From the NCBI GenBank assembly GCA_002773095.1, contig PFCG01000022.1, positions 1-57,156 on the forward strand: a stretch of 57,156 nt of DNA. The letters are read 5' to 3'. Below the pieces are notes generated by a model. The model searched no databases, was not told where the DNA came from, and saw only the letters and a list, made by a program, of their open reading frames with translations. The first letter of the stretch is position 1. Each line of letters begins with the position of its first letter. Position numbers and translations under genes: made by a program. Positions 51,764-57,156 of this stretch are shown piece after piece. The stretch is from Candidatus Moranbacteria bacterium CG10_big_fil_rev_8_21_14_0_10_35_21. Lineage in GTDB: Bacteria > Patescibacteriota > Minisyncoccia > Moranbacterales > UBA2206.

Positions 51764-52477
51764 TTAACCAGCTACCCAAAGCAGAAAATTATTCAAACTT
51801 GCTTCTAAATTTTTCAAATCGCTTTGAGAAGTTTTTATTTTTACTAAATTTTCTATTTTATTATTCAGGAAAAGCCTAATCATTTTTATTGATTGGGTAG
51901 AGATAATAGCTCTTCGCCCGATATTTTTTTTATGGCATTCCTCACAAACCACTATTCCGTGCTCACCATCAAAATAGTTTTTTTCTGAAGTCAGTTTTTT
52001 TTCACAAAATGCACACTGGGATAAATCAATTTGATAACCAGATTCAGCTAAAAATTTAAACAAAAAACCAACGGTTACAATACTGGCCTTTTCTTTTTCG
52101 TGAAGTTTTTCCATTGTTTCTAAATAATTCAAAAGCAAACGAAAGACTATTTCATCTTTTTCCTGATCTTTAATTAATCCTTCCATCTGTGAAAAAGCAA
52201 AAAAAACCTTTTCTAATGTTTCCCATTTCTCTTTAATATTGGAAAAATTATGCAAAACCAGGGAACCAGTGATTTTACCCATTCCTCTTCCTTTAGCAAA
52301 AAAAATTTCCGCATAAGTTATTGGCTCCAAAAAACCAGCCAATTTTGCGGTTGGTTTTCTCACTCCCTTTCCCAAAAGCTGCATTTTACCCATTTCCTTA
52401 GTATAAACAGAATAAATACGATCAGCTTCAGAAACATCTCTTTTTTTGAGAATTATCCCTTGAAATTTATCTTCCAT
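51764..52477 (-). CDS. recO: DNA repair protein RecO
   Basis: GIILKKRDVSEADRI..YTKEMGK..KGVRK and a C4 zinc motif. Confidence 0.92.
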   Translation of the reverse strand: MEDKFQGIILKKRDVSEADRIYSVYTKEMGKMQLLGKGVRKPTAKLAGFLEPITYAEIFFAKGRGMGKITGSLVLHNFSNIKEKWETLEKVFFAFSQMEGLIKDQEKDEIVFRLLLNYLETMEKLHEKEKASIVTVGFLFKFLAESGYQIDLSQCAFCEKKLTSEKNYFDGEHGIVVCEECHKKNIGRRAIISTQSIKMIRLFLNNKIENLVKIKTSQSDLKNLEASLNNFLLWVAG

Positions 52478-52562
52478 GCTTGAATTATACGCTAAATTTC
52501 GAGTAGTAAAAAGCCCGCCCTATAAAGAATACAGCGAGCTACTAATTTATGATTAAGCTGTT

Positions 52563-55500
52563 TTATTTTTTTACCTGAATCTTTAACTTTTCTCCATCAA
52601 CATCAAATTCTTTTTCCAAATCAAAATTTTCCAAAGTTTCTTTTATTTCATTGGCTAAAACTTCCTTGGCAATCAAATCATTAAACTTTTCAAATATCTC
52701 CTTGCCTCCAACATAGCCCACGCTAATATGATCGTCAACAACATAATCCGCTTCTTTTCTCATTGTTTGGATAAATCGAATAATTTCCCTCGCTTGGCCT
52801 TCCAATTTTAATTCGGGAGTGATTTCGATGTCTATCGCAACTGTTTCAGTCTCTGATCCTATTTCAGCTCCTTTAACATTTAATTCTTCAATGATAATAT
52901 TGCTCCATTCTGGTTTATTAATTAATTCATCAAAAACACTTTCATATTTTTTTCCAAGAATAACACGCTTTAAAGGTTGTCGAACCTTAATTTTATTTTT
53001 TGCCCGATCTTGTAATCCCAATGTTATAATTTCGCGAAGGGCACCCATATTTTCATTCAATTTTTCATCAATTAATTTTTCATCCGCTACCGGAAAATCA
53101 ACCAAATGAACCGATTCTTCGCCAGTTAGATTTTTATAAATTTCTTCAGATATGAAAGGTGTAAAAGGCGCCATTAATTTTGAAAGCTCCATCAGTGACA
53201 TATGCAAAGTTTGATAAGCGCTTTCCTTGTCGCCATCGTCCTCTGATTTCCAAAATCTTTTTCGTGATCGTCGAATATACCAATTAGAAAGATTATCTAC
53301 AAATTTTTCTATTATTCCGGCCGCGCCGTAAACATCATAGCTCTCTAATTTTTCGTCAACATTTTTGATTAATATATTCAACTCAGAAATAATCCATTTA
53401 TCCAAAAGATTTTCTGATTTCCATATTCCTTTTGTCTCCCATTGATCAATATTCGCGTAGAGTACAAAAAAAGAATATGAATTCCAAAGCATGCGGAAAA
53501 CCCGATTCATGATTTCATTCATGCCTTTGATATCAAATTTTTTCGTCATCCCTGGCTGATTAATTGTAAAAAGCATCCAGCGCAACATATCTGCGCCATA
53601 TTTATCCATTACTTCCATCGGATCAACTATGTTGCCTTTAGATTTACTCATTTTTTTACCTTTGCTATCTAAAATGAGATTTAAACAAATGACATTTTTA
53701 TAGGCATAGCCAGCTGGAACTTTTCCTGCTTTATTAAGTAATGTTGCGATGGCGTGCAAAGTATAAAACCAACCGCGTGTTTGATCGATGGCTTCAGAAA
53801 TATAATCTGCGGGGAAAAAATTTCCGCTTTCAATTTTTTTTTTGTCTTCTTTTGAAGCTTGGTTGGGATAGCTGAATTGCGCTAATGGCATAGATCCGGA
53901 ATCAAACCAAACATCCAAAACTTCTGGAACTCTTTTCATTTCTTCTCCACAAACACATTTAAATTTCACATCATCAATATATGGTTTATGTAAATCCTCT
54001 AGTTTTTGTCCAGACATTTTTTCCATTTCCGATATAGATTCAATGACTTTCAGTTCTCCGCACTTAGCACATTCCCAAATAGGAAGCGGCGTGCCCCAAT
54101 ATCTTTCTCGAGAAATCGCCCAATCCTTAACTCCGAGAAGCCATTCGCCAAATCTTCCTTCTTTGATATATTCCGGAATCCAATTTATGTTTTCATTATT
54201 TTTTCCCAGATCCGAAGAAAGTTCGCTCATCTGGATGAACCAGGATGGTTTGGCATAATAAATCAAAGGCGTATCGCATCGCCAGCAGAAAGGATATTCA
54301 TGTTCGTATAATTCTTCTTTTAATAATAATCCTCTTTCTTTTAAATCTTCTATAATCAACTCGTCAGCTGCATATTTATTTCTTTCGTTTTTCTTTTTTA
54401 CCGGAAGACCTTCGCCTGGAATATTAAACCCAGAGATTATTTTTCCGGTTTCATCCACGGTTAAAAGTGTTGGCAAATTATTTTCCCTACCAACATTAGC
54501 ATCATCTTCTCCGAAAGCCGGAGCAATATGCACAATGCCCGTTCCTTCTGAAGTGGAAACAAAATCTCCTGAAACTACATAATGCACTTTTTTGTTTTCT
54601 TTGTTCTCACTATTATATAAAGGCTCGTATTCAAGATTTAACAAATTTTTTCCCAAAAACCCACCTGCTATTTTATACTCTCCTTCAACAACACTCAGCC
54701 TATTTTTAGCTAAAATATAACAACTGTCATGCTGAACTTGTTTCAGCATCTCTTGAGATCCCGAAACAAGTTCGGGATGACATTTTATTTTTACATACTC
54801 AATCTCTTTATTTACCGCCAATGCCACATTCCCTGGCAATGTCCACGGCGTGGTCGTCCAAGCCAGAAAATAAGTATTGTCATCAATGCCCTTTTCCGGA
54901 TTTGGCTTAGCTTTAAATTTTACATAAATAGAATTATCTTTAACCATTTGATATCCTTGAGCAACTTCATGTGAAGAAAGAGTTGTCCCACAACGATAGC
55001 AATATGGCACAACTTTATGCCCTTTATAAATTAAGCTTTCTCCTTTTTTGTTTTTCGTTTTGAAAATTTGAGCCACCACCCACCAGACTGATTCAATATA
55101 TTTATTTTTATAGGTAATATATGGATTTTTCATATCCACCCAATACCCCATTCTTTCAGTTAATTTTTCCCATTGATCCTTATATTTCCAAACCGACTCT
55201 TTACATTTTTTATTGAATTCGATAATACTTTCACGTGGATTTCCGGGAACGATATTCTCTATTTCTTGCTTATTCTTAAGACCCATTTCTTTTTCTACCT
55301 GCAATTCCACTGGTAATCCATGCGTATCCCAACCAGCCTTTCTTTCCACTCGATAACCTTTCATGGTTTTGTAGCGAGGAATGATATCCTTAAATGCCCG
55401 TGCCAAAACATGATGCAACCCCGGCTGGCCATTAGCTGTCGGAGGACCCTCATAAAAAACAAAAGATTTATCAGAAGAATTTTTTTCTACTGATTTTTCA

Positions 55501-55586
55501 AATATTTTTTCCTCATCCCAAAATTTCAGAATCCCTTCTTCCATTTGGGGAAATTTCATTTTTGGGTCTATTTGTTTGAATGCCAT
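52563..55586 (-). CDS. ileS: Isoleucine--tRNA ligase, type 2
   Basis: EGPPTANG.PGLHH, GWDTHGLPVE, WTTTPWTLP, SRERYWG, DQTRGWFY, KMSKS; no C-terminal zinc finger. Confidence 0.98.
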   Translation of the reverse strand: MAFKQIDPKMKFPQMEEGILKFWDEEKIFEKSVEKNSSDKSFVFYEGPPTANGQPGLHHVLARAFKDIIPRYKTMKGYRVERKAGWDTHGLPVELQVEKEMGLKNKQEIENIVPGNPRESIIEFNKKCKESVWKYKDQWEKLTERMGYWVDMKNPYITYKNKYIESVWWVVAQIFKTKNKKGESLIYKGHKVVPYCYRCGTTLSSHEVAQGYQMVKDNSIYVKFKAKPNPEKGIDDNTYFLAWTTTPWTLPGNVALAVNKEIEYVKIKCHPELVSGSQEMLKQVQHDSCYILAKNRLSVVEGEYKIAGGFLGKNLLNLEYEPLYNSENKENKKVHYVVSGDFVSTSEGTGIVHIAPAFGEDDANVGRENNLPTLLTVDETGKIISGFNIPGEGLPVKKKNERNKYAADELIIEDLKERGLLLKEELYEHEYPFCWRCDTPLIYYAKPSWFIQMSELSSDLGKNNENINWIPEYIKEGRFGEWLLGVKDWAISRERYWGTPLPIWECAKCGELKVIESISEMEKMSGQKLEDLHKPYIDDVKFKCVCGEEMKRVPEVLDVWFDSGSMPLAQFSYPNQASKEDKKKIESGNFFPADYISEAIDQTRGWFYTLHAIATLLNKAGKVPAGYAYKNVICLNLILDSKGKKMSKSKGNIVDPMEVMDKYGADMLRWMLFTINQPGMTKKFDIKGMNEIMNRVFRMLWNSYSFFVLYANIDQWETKGIWKSENLLDKWIISELNILIKNVDEKLESYDVYGAAGIIEKFVDNLSNWYIRRSRKRFWKSEDDGDKESAYQTLHMSLMELSKLMAPFTPFISEEIYKNLTGEESVHLVDFPVADEKLIDEKLNENMGALREIITLGLQDRAKNKIKVRQPLKRVILGKKYESVFDELINKPEWSNIIIEELNVKGAEIGSETETVAIDIEITPELKLEGQAREIIRFIQTMRKEADYVVDDHISVGYVGGKEIFEKFNDLIAKEVLANEIKETLENFDLEKEFDVDGEKLKIQVKK
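54725..54782. repeat. In-frame REP-doublet-like element in ileS (family A)
   Basis: TGTCATGCTGAACTTGTTTCAGCATCT-CTTG-AGATCCCGAAACAAGTTCGGGATGACA. Confidence 0.88.
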
Positions 55587-55621
55587 ATAAATCAATTATA
55601 TTACTAAAACGCTTTATAAAC

Positions 55622-55842
55622 AAAAAAATCCTTAAAAATAGTTTAAGGACGATTCGAAAACCGTGGTACCACCTTAATGCTCACAAAACATGTAGCATAT
55701 AACTTGAAACAAATTTTTTATCGTTTCATGCTTTATGTTTAATATTTCATGACTTTAAACAGCTATTACGGGCTTACCCGGCAAGTTCTACAGCTTTACA
55801 GCTTTCCTCTTGCGGCTCCAGAGTGATGACTCCATCATCGCC
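55622..55842 (-). promoter_or_regulatory. T-box riboswitch, Ile (AUC) specifier
   Basis: T-box AAGGTGGTACCACG with antiterminator pairing, an overlapping terminator hairpin plus U7, a short stem I with ATC at 55827-55825, and stem II and IIA/B elements. Confidence 0.9.
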
Positions 55843-55853
55843 TTTATTTAATA

Positions 55854-57014
55854 TTACTTCAAACTCTTATAAACTTCAAGTGTTTCTCTTGCACATTTTT
55901 CCCAATTAAATTTTTCGGCTTGCTTCTTTCCCTTTTCACGATAAGCGTTTTTTATACCTTCGTCATCAGCAAATTTTAGCATAGCTTCAGCTATATTTTT
56001 AATGTCTAACGGATTGACTAATTCCGCTGCCTCTCCCGCAATTTCTGGAATAGAAGAAACGTTAGAAACAACAGCTGGCGTTCCAGTTGCAAAGGCTTCC
56101 AAAACGGTCGTACCAAAACCTTCATACAGCGAAGGCATCACAAAAAAATCAGCTTGTTTGAAAAGAGGAACGATTTCATCTCCAATAACATATCCGGTAA
56201 AAACAAGGTCTTTTAATATTCCTAAATCTTTGGCAATTTGTTTATTTTCGTTAGATAGCCAACCAGCTTTTCCAGCCATAACTAGCTTATGAGAACATCG
56301 GCCCCTTTCTTTTATTTGTTTTTCCTTAAAAATTTTGAACGCTTGAAAAAGTCGAGTGATATTTTTTATTGGTTCGATAGTTCCTAAAAATAAAATATAT
56401 TTTTCTTTAATACCGTATTTTTCCAAAATTCTTTCTCTAGGAGTTTCATTTTCCTCAAAAAACCGACTATCTAATCCAGAATAAATAACTTTGATTTTTT
56501 CTTCCGGACATTTAAATATTTCTTCCAAATCTTTCTTGGTTGAATTGGAAACGGTAATTATTTGATTAGCCTTCTTGGCCATTAATTGCAAAATGGCTTT
56601 AGTTCGACTACGTGCTATTTTTGGAAAAACCTCAGGAAATTTATAAACAGCTAAATCATGAAAGGTAACCACGGTTTTTCCGCGATAACTTTCTGGAATC
56701 CGACTCATGGGAGAAGTGGTATGAAGCAAATCCAAATCTTCTTTAATCAAAGTCGCCGTGCCCAAAATTTCCGAATAGGCTCCAGGCAAATATTTTTTGT
56801 AATCTGAAAAGGGATAAAATTTGATTTTCACATTAGGTTGAGCGAATTTTTTGATGTCTTTTTCTCGCACTCGAAAGTCAAAAAACAAGACATATTCATT
56901 CTCTTTGTCCAATTTCAAAAGATGGCGAATCAGTTGATAGGTATAATGCCCCACCCCAATGGCTTCGCCCTTTTCCGGATTCAAAATTGTCCTCGCATCA
57001 ATGCCTATTCTCAT
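55854..57014 (-). CDS. Glycosyltransferase family 4
   Basis: MRIGIDAR, TFHDL, LGTIEPIKN, PSLYEGFG..VLEA. Confidence 0.93.
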   Translation of the reverse strand: MRIGIDARTILNPEKGEAIGVGHYTYQLIRHLLKLDKENEYVLFFDFRVREKDIKKFAQPNVKIKFYPFSDYKKYLPGAYSEILGTATLIKEDLDLLHTTSPMSRIPESYRGKTVVTFHDLAVYKFPEVFPKIARSRTKAILQLMAKKANQIITVSNSTKKDLEEIFKCPEEKIKVIYSGLDSRFFEENETPRERILEKYGIKEKYILFLGTIEPIKNITRLFQAFKIFKEKQIKERGRCSHKLVMAGKAGWLSNENKQIAKDLGILKDLVFTGYVIGDEIVPLFKQADFFVMPSLYEGFGTTVLEAFATGTPAVVSNVSSIPEIAGEAAELVNPLDIKNIAEAMLKFADDEGIKNAYREKGKKQAEKFNWEKCARETLEVYKSLK

Positions 57015-57156
57015 AAATTTATCGCTACTGTTTATTTACTACAATTAAGTTATTCGCATGTGCGTCCGCCAGCCTGCCCGCAGGGGTCAAATAGAACACT
57101 TACTTTTTTTAACTTTTACAGCTTCCTGGGCTGTTTTTTTGTTTTTCCGGTGTTGA

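Noticed and set aside
57055..57086. GC-rich stretch with CCTGCCCGCA upstream of the GT4 gene
   Set aside because: It resembles a family E arm, but there is no clear partner arm and it lies near the window edge.

Overview
An AT-rich housekeeping region, most likely from a Patescibacteria/CPR (Parcubacteria-like) genome. This is inferred from the short RSH, short ATP-synthase delta, alpha2 GlyRS, type-2 IleRS, large FN3 surface protein and pilin. Gene content, in order: dprA-topA-rel, parB/parA, tRNA-Leu(CAA), folD, a 2048-aa surface protein bracketed by duplicated MerR-type HTH genes, ddl, an ABC transporter, a head-to-head Trm9-like methyltransferase/Elp3 pair, NUDIX, glmS, an HTH-NRAMP fusion, leuS, a complete F1Fo operon, tatD, a TrpR/YerC-like gene, metG, rsmI (internal TGA), AI-2E, M16 peptidase, NIF3-like, glyQS, a broken pilin, U32 peptidase, tgt, recO, ileS with a T-box, and a GT4. 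The most striking signal is a dense population of small palindromic or inverted-repeat elements in several families. About 20 sit in frame inside about 12 conserved genes (elp3, tgt, atpA/D/G/H, ileS, leuS, metG, tatD and others), and one is nested three deep. Four single-gene cassettes carry inverted-repeat ends: two GIY-YIG nucleases, a four-helix-bundle protein and a TrpR-like protein. The ends of the first three also occur as empty copies inside genes. Apparent repair scars accompany some insertions, notably a synonymously recoded duplicate of the glmS tail. All calls are by eye from the sequence and the ORF track; no searches were run.
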